Source of the DNA: Callorhinchus milii | Taxonomy: Eukaryota | Reading direction: 5' to 3' | Assembly: GCF_018977255.1 (NCBI RefSeq) | Contig: NW_024704743.1 | Coordinates: forward strand, 52,950,001-53,014,000 | DNA length: 64,000 nt | Shown: in pieces, positions 1-11,799 of the stretch | Layout of the letters: each line of letters opens with the position of its first letter | Position numbering within the stretch: the first letter of the stretch is position 1 | Notes under the pieces: model-generated | What the model saw: the letters and a program-made list of their open reading frames with translations, nothing else | Databases searched by the model: none | Told to the model about the DNA's origin: nothing | Program-made: the position numbers and the translations under genes

Positions 1-988
1 TTTGTCTCTACAAACGGCTTCTCCTCCAGCCCCCACACCATCTTGTGTGGGATTCCTCGGGACTCTGTCCTTGCTCCCCTCCTCTTCAATATCCGTATGC
101 TGCCTCTTGGTGACATCATCCACAGACATGAGGTCAACTTCCACATACATGTATGCGGATGACACCCAACTCTACCTCTCTGCCCCCACCCTTGACATCA
201 AGTCCTGGATGAGAGCTAACCTCTGCTGCCTTTGACACCATTGACCACTGTATCCTCCACTGCCTCTCCTCTCACCTCAACCTTCATGGACCGAGGCCCT
301 CCTGATTGGCTCCTGTCAGTGCCTCCACACCTCAGGCACTGGCAGCATCACCATCCCAGCATGCACACCCCACCTCTGCCATCCCCCACCTCCACAGCAT
401 TGTCTGGCTCCACCACTGCCTCACCCCTCAGGCTGTTGAAACCCTCATTCACGCATTTATTACATCTAGGCTCGACTACACCAACTCCCTGCTTGTCGGC
501 TCTTCCCTCCACAAGCTGCAGATCATCCAGCACCAGGCTCTGTAATCCTATCATCCCCACCCTCGCCCAGCTCCATTGGCTCCCCATCCCCCAGAGGATA
601 GAGTTCAAAATACTTGTCCTCACCTTCAAGACCGTCCATGGCCTTGCGCCTTCCTATCTCTGCGACCTCCTAGCCCCATATCAACCTGTCCGCTTCCTCC
701 ATTCAGCAGCCTGCTCCATGTCCCCAACTCGCCTCACTATCAGCGGTCGGGCCTTCGGCTTCTCTGCCCCTTTCTTTCGAACTCCATCTCACAATCCCTT
801 TGTCTTGCTCTCTCCCTTTCCTCCTTCGAAGAGCATCTCAAGACACTCCTTTTCGACCTGCAATTGGCCACCCTCCTACCCGTACCCACCCTGCACTCCA
901 ACCCCCTGTTCGGGTCCAAATCTCTGATTGTCCAGAGCCTTTGGATGTCTTCCCGATGTGAAAAGTGCTATACAAATTGAATTTGTTG
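1..988 (+). mobile_element. Degenerate L2-clade LINE, RT C-terminal part and 3' tail
   Basis: YADDTQLYL RT motif at ~151-180; DIKSWMRAN; HAFITSRLDYTNSLL; LAQLHWLPIPQRIEFKILVLTFKTVHGLAPSYL; frameshifts; tail ...tgtgaaaagtgctatacaaattgaatttgttg. Confidence 0.9.
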
Positions 989-1190
989 CCAGAATGCTTC
1001 TGCTTCACTGAGCAAAGAGGCCACATCCACTGGTTTTAGTACTTGCCAAATGAATCTTCTATAACCGGGCCAAAGTAGAAACGTAGTAATCAAGCCACTC
1101 TGCCATTGAGCGTTCCAGATACTACTCGTGTGAAGGGTGCTATATAAATGTGAATTGTTGTGTTGTTAATAACTTTGCTATTATCTGCAG

Positions 1191-1294
1191 GGGTTTATGT
1201 GTTGGCTGCCACAAGTCGCCCAGACCTAATTGATCCTGCTCTGCTAAGACCAGGTCGGCTGGATAAATCTGTGTACTGCCCTCCTCCAGATCAG
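1191..1294 (+). CDS. PEX1: PEX1 coding exon (104 nt), second AAA+ domain, second region of homology
   Basis: tctgcag|GG...CAG|gtacta; encodes [35 protein letters not shown]. Confidence 0.96.
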
Positions 1295-1617
1295 GTACTA
1301 AAATATTATGTTTTGAAATTTTTAATATTTAGATTTAAATAATCCAAATATAATTTGTGAAAATTACCGGTTTGCAAACTAAGATTTATTGCAAATTAAA
1401 CTGTATTTAATGTTAGGAACGGCTATTTACACGTACAATACACGATCGATTTTTTTAACGTTAAATTCAAAAGTGTCATTGTACTTGCCAGTGGGTGATG
1501 TTCTTAATACTTTTTCAATGATCATTGTGTTCTAATTCACAGTAAGTTTTACAGCTGCTATTCAGAATTTTTTGTAAAGTAAAAATATTGTTTTTATTTC
1601 CCTGACCACCATTCTAG

Positions 1618-1794
1618 ATTGCTCGTCTTGAGATTTTGAAGGCTTTGAGCCAGTCTTTACCATTAGCAGATGATATTGATTTTCAGCAGTTGGCAGCAAT
1701 GACTGAATATTTCACAGGAGCTGACCTAAAGGCTTTACTTTACAATGCCCAGCTGGATGCTGTCCACAGTGCTCTGTCATCCAGTGTATTCCGG
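1618..1794 (+). CDS. PEX1: PEX1 coding exon (177 nt), AAA lid subdomain
   Basis: ttctag|ATT...CGG|gttggt; [51 protein letters not shown]; phase 0-0. Confidence 0.95.
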
Positions 1795-1879
1795 GTTGGT
1801 ATATCAAGTTTAAGAACTCTGATTTAAGTAATGTTAGCATGTTTGGGGAGATATTCCCCTTGGAGTAGATTTAGAATTA

Positions 1880-2650
1880 ATAATAATCCTTACGTTTGAT
1901 ATAGCATCAAAACATCTCAAAGCGCTTCATAGGATTTACTGTAAAGTGTGGTGATGGATAGTTTGTGGTTGCTGCTTTTAATCTACAAATGCACAGAGTG
2001 ATTGCCCAATCTTATCTGGAGGCCAAGATACCAGGAGAATTTCTTTTTGGATACAGTAAACTCTTGATAAGGAGACCCCAGCTTACCTTGTTACCATCAC
2101 TTAAATAACCATGTTGTCAATATCCTGGCAGCTTCCCATGCAAAATGTTAATGAGGTACTCTGCTTTAGTTCCCTTAACACATAACTAATTGCATTCTAG
2201 AAATTCTTGTAATGCTTAAACAATGTAAAATTTATCAGACAACTCATCCTGTCTTACATCACAGGGGCCTCTGCTCTATCCTATGACTAGTCCAGGCGCT
2301 CAGTGGAGGTTGGGAGAACCTGCTCAGATGCAATGCAGAGGCCTCTAGTCTATTGGAGGGCATCACTGTGGCCTCCCGCCCACACTATTATGTGACAAAA
2401 AAGGCAAGAAACCAATAGACCAGAGGCCTCTGCGACAGGATAGGTCGGGAGGCCGTGGCGCGGCCCTCCAGTAGAGCAAAAGACTCTGATGTATCTTTAC
2501 TTGCACATCCAACTAGCACTTACCACCTGAGAGATCTGTTCCTAAGTTACCACTTCAGATAACGAGTCGCTGAGCTCTTTGCCCTTGGAGTGACGAGTTA
2601 TTAGTAGTTTACTGTATAGCTGTGGGATCTTTAACATTCACCTGAACAGA
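1880..2650 (-). mobile_element. Deu-domain SINE remnant split by a MITE
   Basis: Tail (aataatccttacgtttgatatagc) at ~1880-1930; core flanks ...gataccaggagaatttctttttgga and tagctgtgggatctttaacattcacctgaacag lie on either side of 2054-2614. Confidence 0.6.
2054..2614. mobile_element. Non-autonomous Tc1/mariner-pogo (Tigger-like) MITE
   Basis: Imperfect TIRs ta|cagtaaactcttgataa and ttattagtagtttactg|ta; TA on both sides; no transposase ORF. Confidence 0.7.
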
Positions 2651-3359
2651 TAGATTCAGAAATCTTGCCATTGTCTTCAAATAGCCAACTGGGTGTCTGA
2701 CACATATGGAAACTAGTCACTATACTTAAGAGGATCAAAACCAAACGCTGCCCATGTAAGCATGCTACATACATGTGGAAATTTCCCTGTGTCTGGTATG
2801 GAGATCTGTAGTCTCCCTGGATGGATATACTGCATACCTAATTCTGGAGAGTGTCGGGTAAGGTTTAGCAAAGCAATAAGGCTTAGGGAATCGAGAGTAT
2901 GCCACTGCACTGCTGTTTAACCAGCTAAAATTGCGTATACTAACACTGCGAGCAGTCTGCAAGCTGGTTGTATCACTTTACACATTGGGAATTGGTTGTA
3001 GGTTGTCAACAGGCTGGCAGGTCTGTCAACAATTATACCTCAGAACATTGGGATCTGCCTCGCTCATGAGCTGGACTAACTCAGTGTTGACTTGATTCTG
3101 ATGTTCCATTGCAAAGCACATCATCACCTTGGAGCCAGTCATTCCCAAGATATCCATTTACTTTCTCATCTTCCCTCCCCACCCTGAAGGATAGTCATTA
3201 AAAATAATTTAGGCCAATCACATTTAAATTAGAAGTTCAGAATTCAAAAATAACGTTTTAATCTTCATTTTGTGGGTCCCTAAATGAGTTGCTTTCAAAT
3301 GGTGTGAACAAGGTGTATTGTGCATGAGGTCTAAATGTGCTTCTGTTGATTCACCATAG

Positions 3360-3590
3360 GACACAAGTTCTGGTTCTGATAGTGACATGAGCCTGTCGTC
3401 CATGATCTTCCTGAATCCCAACAGTGGTTCTGATGATTCTCTAGGAGACGTAGAAGGAGGCTTTGAACACTCTCTTGTTCACCTGGATACCACTGACTTA
3501 CTATCTGATGATCCAGGCCCTAACATCTGGCGTTTTTACTTTGGTAGCTCTTATGAATCAGAACTGGGAAATGGAACACCTTCAGAGCCG
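3360..3590 (+). CDS. PEX1: PEX1 coding exon (231 nt)
   Basis: ccatag|GAC...CCG|gtcagt; [27 protein letters not shown]...[21 protein letters not shown]. Confidence 0.95.
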
Positions 3591-4900
3591 GTCAGTGATT
3601 TGTCTTAAATCGGTGCACTTAATAGTTTTTATTTCTAATCTTTCTATGAACTTATTTCATAATTTATAGAATATTCTGAATGAGCAGTTGAGTTTAATAT
3701 ACGTAGTAATTAATTTTCAGTTTTAGAGACATTGGTTGCTTTTCAAAAAAGGTTGCAAATCAGAAAATCTGCATGTTCAAAAGATTTTGCAATGTGGCTT
3801 CCCAGTAATTCTAAACATCCACCTCTTACTCAGAGTGCAAAGCCCAGCTGTGGATTACAGCTACTACCTCTCGCTCCCTGCTTTGGTAGCAATTTTAGTG
3901 ATTGACCACCCAGTTTAATCAAAGTTCATTAACAAAAGACTTGACTTTCTCAATGGTTTTAATGAACTTTGATTAAAGCCACTAAATGGAATCCAGATCT
4001 TGTCTTTCACAAACCTATGTTAGATTATTTAGGGTGTTGTATCATTATGACTATATGTTTCTAAGTATCTTACTGTTTTAAGCAGGTGGTTCTACATTTA
4101 AAATTCCAGGCAGTTATGTTTTGCTTGAGAAAATCAGGCACTTTTATTACTCTGAAGACGTTAGTTTAGCTATTTCTATTAGAGAATGATTTAGAGGAGT
4201 CAGGAACCACTAGTAAACGTTAGAGCTAGTTCTGTTATAATACTAACTTAATTCAATATGCAGTTCTCTTGACATTTCTGATCAAGGCAGCCACTTGAGT
4301 TTTTTTTCCAAGCATTAGTGTCTTGATCGGACCATTCAGTTTGATTTCTTTAGCACTATAGTGCTTCACACTGGACTCCATATTGGATCTCTTCAAGAAT
4401 TTTGTACTGTTTATTTACTATATGGACGCTTCCCGAATTAGATGAAAATAAGATTCTTAGATTTGCGCTTCTTTATTCCTGTGACACTACCTCTACTTCA
4501 CTCTAATTCTACCTCCACCTCCCTTCACATAGCTACATGTTCTAGCACCTTGGGACGTCCTCCCCACGTGAAAGGCACTCTATAAATGTAATTTTGTTGT
4601 TGTAGTGCACATTTTTTGTGTAATTACACCTTACTTCAACTCGGTTTCTCTGATGGTAGCTCCGGTCAAGAACCAATGTGTGATTCAGAAAGCAGCCCTT
4701 CAGAGGAAGCTCACCTGACCAATTGCTTATCTACTGCACCAACTATTTTAGAGGAATTCATTTTCAAAGTGGTCTTGCCCTATTTGATAGTGGACTATTC
4801 ATTTGGATGGAGAATTTGAATGATGTTGAAAAAAATAAAGGAACATGTTGCGCTGTACCTTATTTTGAATGGAATAAATAAGATTTATATCTCTCAACAG

Positions 4901-5098
4901 ACCTCTCGCTGTTTATCAGAACCCAGCTCAGTTACCCATGACCACATGGTGACATCTGTAAAGGATATCATATGCTCTCACCCCCCAGTGTGCATGTTGT
5001 CATTGCAAGAAGGGTTCAAAGAACTTAATCAGGAACAAATGGAATGTTTACGCTCAGAGTTAAACATTATTAAAGCCAACACCAGGAACAAGACCACG
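4901..5098 (+). CDS. PEX1: PEX1 coding exon (198 nt)
   Basis: ctcaacag|ACC...ACG|gtaata; TSRCLSEPSS...SLQEGFKELNQEQMECLRSELNIIKANTRNKTT. Confidence 0.92.
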
Positions 5099-5781
5099 GT
5101 AATAGAGTCTCTTCTTAAGTATAGCAAATTAACCTTGTATCATGAATGCTGGCTCTGTTATTAGATGTCAATGTATTGTTGCTGCATGTTTCTTTGGTTA
5201 AGTCATAGAACATATGGAAACTCGTATACAATACTAAGTAGTTTTATAATGAAATATTTTCTTTAAGGCTACACAAACAAATTAATTTCATTTATTTCCC
5301 CCATGTCATATAGCTTATTCTGACAAGATAATGTATTTAGAAACTTATAAACCTCTGGAAATGTAGTTCTATTAGTGATCACCGAGAGGGGCATAAAGCA
5401 GCTAATTGGCCCTTTGATCTTCCCTTCCTCCTTTGTAGTGAAATACTTGTTTCCCTTTCATACCCATTGGAGCCACTTCTACAAGTGCACGGCTCCAGCA
5501 TCCTTTTATCTACAGTAAATTATTTTACAAACAAGCTATAATACATTATTTTTAAATAAATATTAGCATTAACTATGGATGTATGATGTTGATCTTCATA
5601 AATTGGCTCCTGTGAAAATGCTTATTACATCTATTATTATGCATGTTTACCATTGATAGCTTCTTCTGTAATAAATGAGAAACGGGGTAAAATTATTTGC
5701 AAAAAGTATAGAATATAGCTAGAACAGCTAGAAATGCCAGAATGTATAACATTCAATTCTATCTGAATCATTTTCTTCCAG

Positions 5782-5912
5782 GAGGATGGGTTTCCGAGTC
5801 AGTCAGGGCCCATAAACTCTCCACCACTTGTTTCTCAATCCCACCTGCTGGCAGCACTGACTAATACAAGACCTTCCATCAGCCAACAAGATTGGAGGAA
5901 CTTCACAGAACT
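5782..5912 (+). CDS. PEX1: PEX1 penultimate coding exon (131 nt)
   Basis: ttcttccag|GAG...CT|gtgagt; EDGFPSQSGPINSPPLVSQSHLLAALTNTRPSISQQDWRNFTE; missed by the ORF track. Confidence 0.94.
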
Positions 5913-6379
5913 GTGAGTGTAAATTTTCATTCAATTAAAATTCTAAATTTAACTCCTCTTTGAACTCCATGAAAGATTATGCCAACAAAAAAACGAAATT
6001 ACCTCCTAATTATTAAGTTGATTTGAACTCATGAGAATTGATGGGAGTTGTGATGAATAACGTATCAGTGTTGCTTAATCATTCTTTCCTGGGACCTCAA
6101 GACTGGAACTCCTTTCCTACTTTTTTTCCCTCCTCCAATTTGCAAGTCACTTGCCACTCCTTGATTTATTTTCATTATTATAGTAGAACCATTATCACAC
6201 TCTTCATTATAACACAGGTTTTCTTATCACAAGATTTGTTCGAATGAATAAAGTCCTTTTGGAACATCTGATCTCATTGTTCCAGAATACCCAGCCGACT
6301 GTTCTCCCATCACGACATCAAGCTGTTTTTTTTTAAACACTTCAGTATCCTGGCTGCAACAATCCTTTCCTGAAGCATA

Positions 6380-6622
6380 TTGGTTAGAGCACTCACAAGC
6401 GAGAGGACCTGGGTTTGATTCCCGGGCAAGGCAAATTGTTGGTCAAGTTTCCTAACTCCACACACCAGTTTACCCAGCAGTAAGTAGGAACCTAGTTGTT
6501 AGTTGCTTGGAGGATCACTTTTCTGGGGATAATAATCCTTCAAAAAATATATTAAAAATAATATTTTTTTACTCAATTCACAGCTGTTTGTGGGACACTG
6601 TGCTTTGCCCAGAAAATATACA
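6380..6622 (+). mobile_element. tRNA-derived SINE, 5' part (tail resumes at ~9931-10020)
   Basis: ggttagagcactc...gggtttgattccc head and body shared with the copy at 28353; breaks at cccagaaaatataca. Confidence 0.8.
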
Positions 6623-7475
6623 TAACCTAAGAAATGCTAGACAAAAAGGACCAAGGTCCATCTAGTTTACCTTCCACCATCCTGGCGGTCGCATGCACAT
6701 ATGTCCCAAACTACCTATGTACTATATCCCATAATGTTATTTCCTAAAAGAAAACTATCTAATCTGTGTTTCAAAGAATCAACACTTCCTACTTCAGTGC
6801 CTTGGGATGTCCTCCTGACGTGAAAGGCACTTTACAAATGTAATTTTGTTGTTGTTCAATTGTCTCCCTAAGGAGCCTGTTCCACAGGTTCACTATTCAT
6901 TCACTGAAATAGTGCTTGCATAGATTCGTTCTGAATTTTGCCCCCTTCAATTGCAGGCCGTGTTTTGGTACAAACCAAAAAAAAATTGGTTTTACTATCC
7001 TGGATAAGTTGAAACAACCTGTCATGATCTATATTGTTTTGCCCCTTTAAAATCTTAAAGACAGTAATCATGTCCCTCTCAAACTTCTCTTTTCCAGCGT
7101 GAACATGACCAATTTACTTAGTCTCTCCCATAGTCCATCCCTCAACCATTTTGGTTGCCCTCCTCTATCTTCTCAATTTCTCCAATATCCTTTTTGTACT
7201 GTGGCGACCAGAACTGTACACAATACTCTTAAGTATGGCCTCACCAATGATTTATACAGTGGCGGGATTACCCTACCATTTTGGCTTGCTATTGATCTTT
7301 TGATACATCCTAGCATCTGGTTTGCTTTACTCACTGACAGAGCATTGTTGGGAGAGCTTCAATTTATTGTCAATCCAGACTCCCAGGTTCTTTTCATTTT
7401 CCATACATATTATTTTCCTTTCATTCAAATATTAGTCCCTTCCAGGATTTTGTATCCCCATGTGAAGTACTTTTA
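6623..7475 (-). mobile_element. CR1 LINE 3' portion
   Basis: Reversed CR1 3' end (gacaaaaaggaccaaggtccatctagtt) and typical CR1 C-terminal RT sequence (gtggcgaccagaactgtacacaatactc); short L2 tail embedded at ~6795-6855. Confidence 0.75.
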
Positions 7476-7477
7476 CA

Positions 7478-9430
7478 TGGTACACCAGCCATCTCCATTC
7501 CCTCAAGGCACAAGTGTGAGCTGCCGAACGCGCCTGGACCAAAACCAAATTAACGGTACATCGGCAGATTTGGCTTCACCACACATCAAGACACCAGACA
7601 TCAAGTCCTGCATGAGGGCAAACTTCCTACAGTTGAATGTGAACAAGACTGAGGCCACCTACCGCAGCGCTCTTGCCTCTGCCAAATCCTCCTTCTACTC
7701 CAAGGTTATCTTGGAGGTAAAGGACAACCCCCCGGCTTCTCTTTTCCACCACTAACCGTTTCCTCCATCTACCTTCCCATGCCTCGCCCATCCTCTCCTC
7801 AAACTCCAACTGTGAGAAGATGCTGGATTTCCTCGAATCTAAAATGGAGGGGATACGTTCAGCCACCTCAGCCCCGTCCACAGCCACCCCCACATCACCT
7901 CTCCCTCATGACCCATCCCCCACTATACTCCTTCGACCCTATCTCTCCCTTTTCCCTCACTACGACTGTCCGCAAACTCAAACCCACCACCTGCTGCCTT
8001 GATCCCATCACCACCTCTCTCCTCATCTCCCAGCTCCACCTTCTGGTCCCTCTCCCGTTCGATGTCATCAACCTCTCCTTGTCCACCGGTTCAGTTCCCA
8101 CCCCCCTAAAAACAGCCGTCATCACCCCCGTCTTGACAAAATCCTCCTCTCCAGCTACCGCCCCATCTCTAACCTCCCAATCCACTCCAAGGTCCTGGAA
8201 CGAGTCCTTGCGTCCCAGCTCTGCTCCTTTCTCTCTCGCCATTCCCTCTTTGAACCCCTCCAATCCGACTTCCGGAAACAGCCCTGGTCAAAGTCACTAA
8301 TGACATTCTGAACATCTGTGATCAGCGCTCCCTCTGCCTCCTTGTCCTCCTTGACCTCTCTGCCGCCTTTGACACTGTCAGCCACTCCATCCTCATACAC
8401 CGCCTCTCCTCAATCTTTGCAGACCTGCCCTTGTCTGGTTCGATTCCTATCTCTCTCACCTTCTCCACTTTGTTGCCTCTAACGGTTTCTCCTCCAGCCA
8501 GCGCACTGTCACATCTGGCGTCTCCCATGGATCTGTTCTTGGCCCTCTCCTCTTTAATATCTACATGCTCCTCCTTGGTGACATCATCCGCAGACATGGG
8601 GTCAACTTCCGCATGTATGTGGATGACACCCAACTCTATCTTTCTGCCTCAACTCCAGGACCACTGCTGTCCTGACAGATTGCCTGTCGGACATCAAGTC
8701 CTGCATGAGGGCAAACTTCCTACAGTTGAATGTGAACAAGACTGAGGCCCTCCTGATTGGCTCGCGCCAGCGCCTCAGGTTCTGGCAGCATCAACCTCCA
8801 TAGTTGCACACGACAACTCACCAAACCAGTCAGGAACCAAGGTGTCTTGTTCGACCCTCAACTCTTTTCTTCCCCACATCCAAGCCATGACCCGCTCTGC
8901 CTTCCCTCCGTAACATCGCCCGACTCCGCCACTACCTCACCCTTCAGGCCACTGAAACTCTTGTTCATGCCTTCATCACCTCCAGGCTCAACTATACAAA
9001 CGCCCTGCTTGTCGGCCTTCCCAACTCCTCCCTCCACAGGCTGCAGATAACCCAGAACTCTGCAGCCCGTGTCCTCTCCCGCACCAAACTCCGTGACCCC
9101 ATCTCCCCCATTCTCGCCCGACTCCACTGGCTCCCTATCCTTCAGAGGATCCAGTTCAAGATCCTGGCCCTCACCTACAAAGCCCTCCATGGCCTCGCCC
9201 CACCCTACCTCTACGACCTCCTAACCCCCTACCAACCCGCTCGTTCCCTCCGCTCAGCCGGCTCTGGCCTGCTCCACGTCCCCCGACCCACTCACCCCAC
9301 CATTGGTGGGAGAACCTTCAGCCACTTTGCCCCAAACCTCTGGAATTCTATCCCCCATTCACTCCGCCTCACCCCCTCCTTAGCCTCCTTCAAGTCCCGC
9401 CTCAAGACCCTCCTCTTCGACCATGCCTGA
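7478..9430 (+). mobile_element. L2-clade LINE ORF2 remnant (~1.95 kb) inserted in CR1
   Basis: [47 protein letters not shown] at ~8337-8380; MYVDDTQLY at ~8613-8640; LARLHWLP; many frameshifts. Confidence 0.92.
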
Positions 9431-9925
9431 TTCCTGCTTTCTTTACTTGCAGTACCGGCCTCTCAAGAGGAACTGTATAAAAGGCCTTACTGAAATCCAG
9501 TTATACAACATCCACAGCCTTATTCTTATTAAGCTCTCTTGTCACACTGTCAAAGAAAACCAGTAAATTAGATTGGCAAGACCTTCTCTTCATGAACCCA
9601 TATTGGCTATCATTTATGATTTTATTTCTGTCAAGATGCTCCATAATTTTATCCACAATGGACGTCAAACTTCTGGTCTGTAGTTCCCTGGATCACTTTT
9701 GTTACATTTCCTTAAAAATAGGAGTAACGTCTACCTTTCTCCTATCCCCCGGCACCTCTCCAGTATTCAGTGATTTTTTGAAAGATTTGTGCCAGCATTT
9801 CTGTGACTTCCTCCCTTAGTTGCTTAAGGGTCCTGGATGCAATTTATTCAGCCCCTGAGATTTATTTACCTTAAGTTTGCACAACTGTTTGGCAACCATG
9901 CTGGTAGTGATATGAATCGTGTTGC
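9431..9925 (-). mobile_element. CR1 LINE RT fragment (continuation of 6623-7475)
   Basis: Minus strand reads SQYGFMKRRSCQSNLLVFFDSVT...KAVDVV*LDFSKAF. Confidence 0.85.
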
Positions 9926-11246
9926 AGCTTTACAGTCAATTCCCACTTTTCAGTGTGTATTCTGTGAAGTGCTTTGAGATGTGATAAGATACTGTATCAA
10001 CTGCAAAGATTATTATAACCTATTCCAGTTGTTAATTGCCCTCTGGGTAAAAAAAAACTTACCAGTTTCTGTCCTGAAATTGTCCATTGCATCTCTAGCG
10101 CAATTGGGGTGTCGACCCTGAGACTGTCGTCTTGTATGGTAAAATCCCATCTCAAGCTATAGAAAGGTTCGAAAGCTGCTTTGACTACATCTGCGCTAAT
10201 TAATTTGTGCGCTAAAATAAAAAATGGCTGACTTGCAGGTTGGTAGGTTACTGCAATATCATGTTCTGTTTTCTGCTTATTTCCCAAAAANTCCAAAATG
10301 CACACACCAGTTCCATGGATACTTGAAAATGCTGGCTGATGTGCAGGAACGCAAAATGGTATTAGGCCACTGCTGCCTTATATCAAGCAAGCAATGTTGA
10401 CAGCAACATGATAACCTATCTGGAAGTGAGGCGTTTTGGCTTCTCGCACACAAGCTAGCATCTTGTACCACCTGTGAGTGGATAGTCATTTGCAGTGAAT
10501 GTGTAAGCAATGACCATTAGTGTACTCCACTATAATGTTGGTTGGGATTTTATGGATCCCTGGCACTCCTGGCTACCATTTTATTACTGGGCTCTTCTGA
10601 ACTTTATGAATACTGCACAATATGTCTTGGCCCTTTGAATAATGTTTGTATTAGGAAACTGATCTACCAAGCTTTATTTAAGGATAATCCTTCAACAAGT
10701 ATCTTGTGCAAATTTAGTCTTTTTTTCCCCACCCAAGAGAAGCAGCCAATCTACAAATCTGACCCATTTTCACTTAAAAGCCTTCTGTATCATCAAAGAA
10801 TGATGATGGTTTGCAAAATAACCAATAATACTTACATTTGTTATAGCACCTTTCACATCAGAACATCTCAAAGCACCTCACAAGATTTATTGTGAAATGC
10901 AATGTTTGTGTATTTTGTAGGTGAACACCTACAATGCTGAGATCAACAACTTACACATATAGTGCTGTTTGACTATGTTTTAAGCAGAAAATTGTCATTT
11001 AAAGAGTTCATTGCTGACATGCATTGAGCAGTCATGTTAACCAGTTCTGTGTTTGTGCTATTTAGGTGCCTAATTGAACCTTGATATCAAACTAATTTTG
11101 CACAGCAGTTTGTTTTTTTAAAAGAAATGAAATTAACTAATGAAGATATAACCTTGATTACTCTTGTGAGATTCCTTTAGATCCCAGCTTTAACTTTATT
11201 TTTAAATAAAATTACCTTTTATTGAATTAAGGATTTTGTCTTTCAG

Positions 11247-11331
11247 ATATAATGGCTTTCGGAAATCCAGAAATGGAAAGGGGCAGAGTGGAGCCACTAT
11301 GAAACCTGGACAAAGAGTGACTTTGGCATGA
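11247..11331 (+). CDS. PEX1: PEX1 terminal coding exon (85 nt including TGA)
   Basis: tttcag|A TAT...GCA TGA; (L)YNGFRKSRNGKGQSGATMKPGQRVTLA*, resembling the vertebrate PEX1 end PGQKVTLA; phase fits the previous exon. Confidence 0.95.
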
Positions 11332-11393
11332 GAGATGCAATAATAATTAAGTCCATTGTGAAAATTAATGTTGCACTACTAATTCAATTTTAA

Positions 11394-11399
11394 AATAAA
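11394..11399 (+). terminator. Candidate PEX1 polyadenylation signal AATAAA
   Basis: First AATAAA, about 60 nt after the stop, followed by a T-rich tract. Confidence 0.55.
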
Positions 11400-11799
11400 C
11401 AATACACATTTTACTTTTTTTAAATATATTTACATATTAACAGAATCTTGTAACTAAAAAAAGTGAATTAGTGTGAAATGTCAATTATGTTTGAGATCAT
11501 TATGGATTTCAAGTACCTTATTTACTTAAATCATTGCTGCTATAATTATTCAACTGAAAGAATTGTACTTTTATGGATAATTACAATAGACCAAGTTATT
11601 TATCCACAAGTTAAACTGATTGTATTTTTTTAAACACACATGATTTACATATTATGTATTGGCAAATTGATTTGGCATACTCCATTAATACTAGTCCTTG
11701 CATTATAAATAGCACCTTATCATGTTACTGGGTCATCTTAAAGTGCTTCACAGGATATCATTGAGGGTAAGAAACAAGGGGCATCAGTCCTAATTGTTG

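Noticed and set aside
232..9430. Long Pro/Ser-rich ORFs in the track (232-927, 7099-7755, 7779-8300; likewise 32604-33219, 37519-38067, 46541-47188)
   Set aside because: Alternative or antisense frames of C-rich L2/CR1 relics, not host genes
10291..10291. Single N base
   Set aside because: Assembly ambiguity beside a homopolymer; not biological
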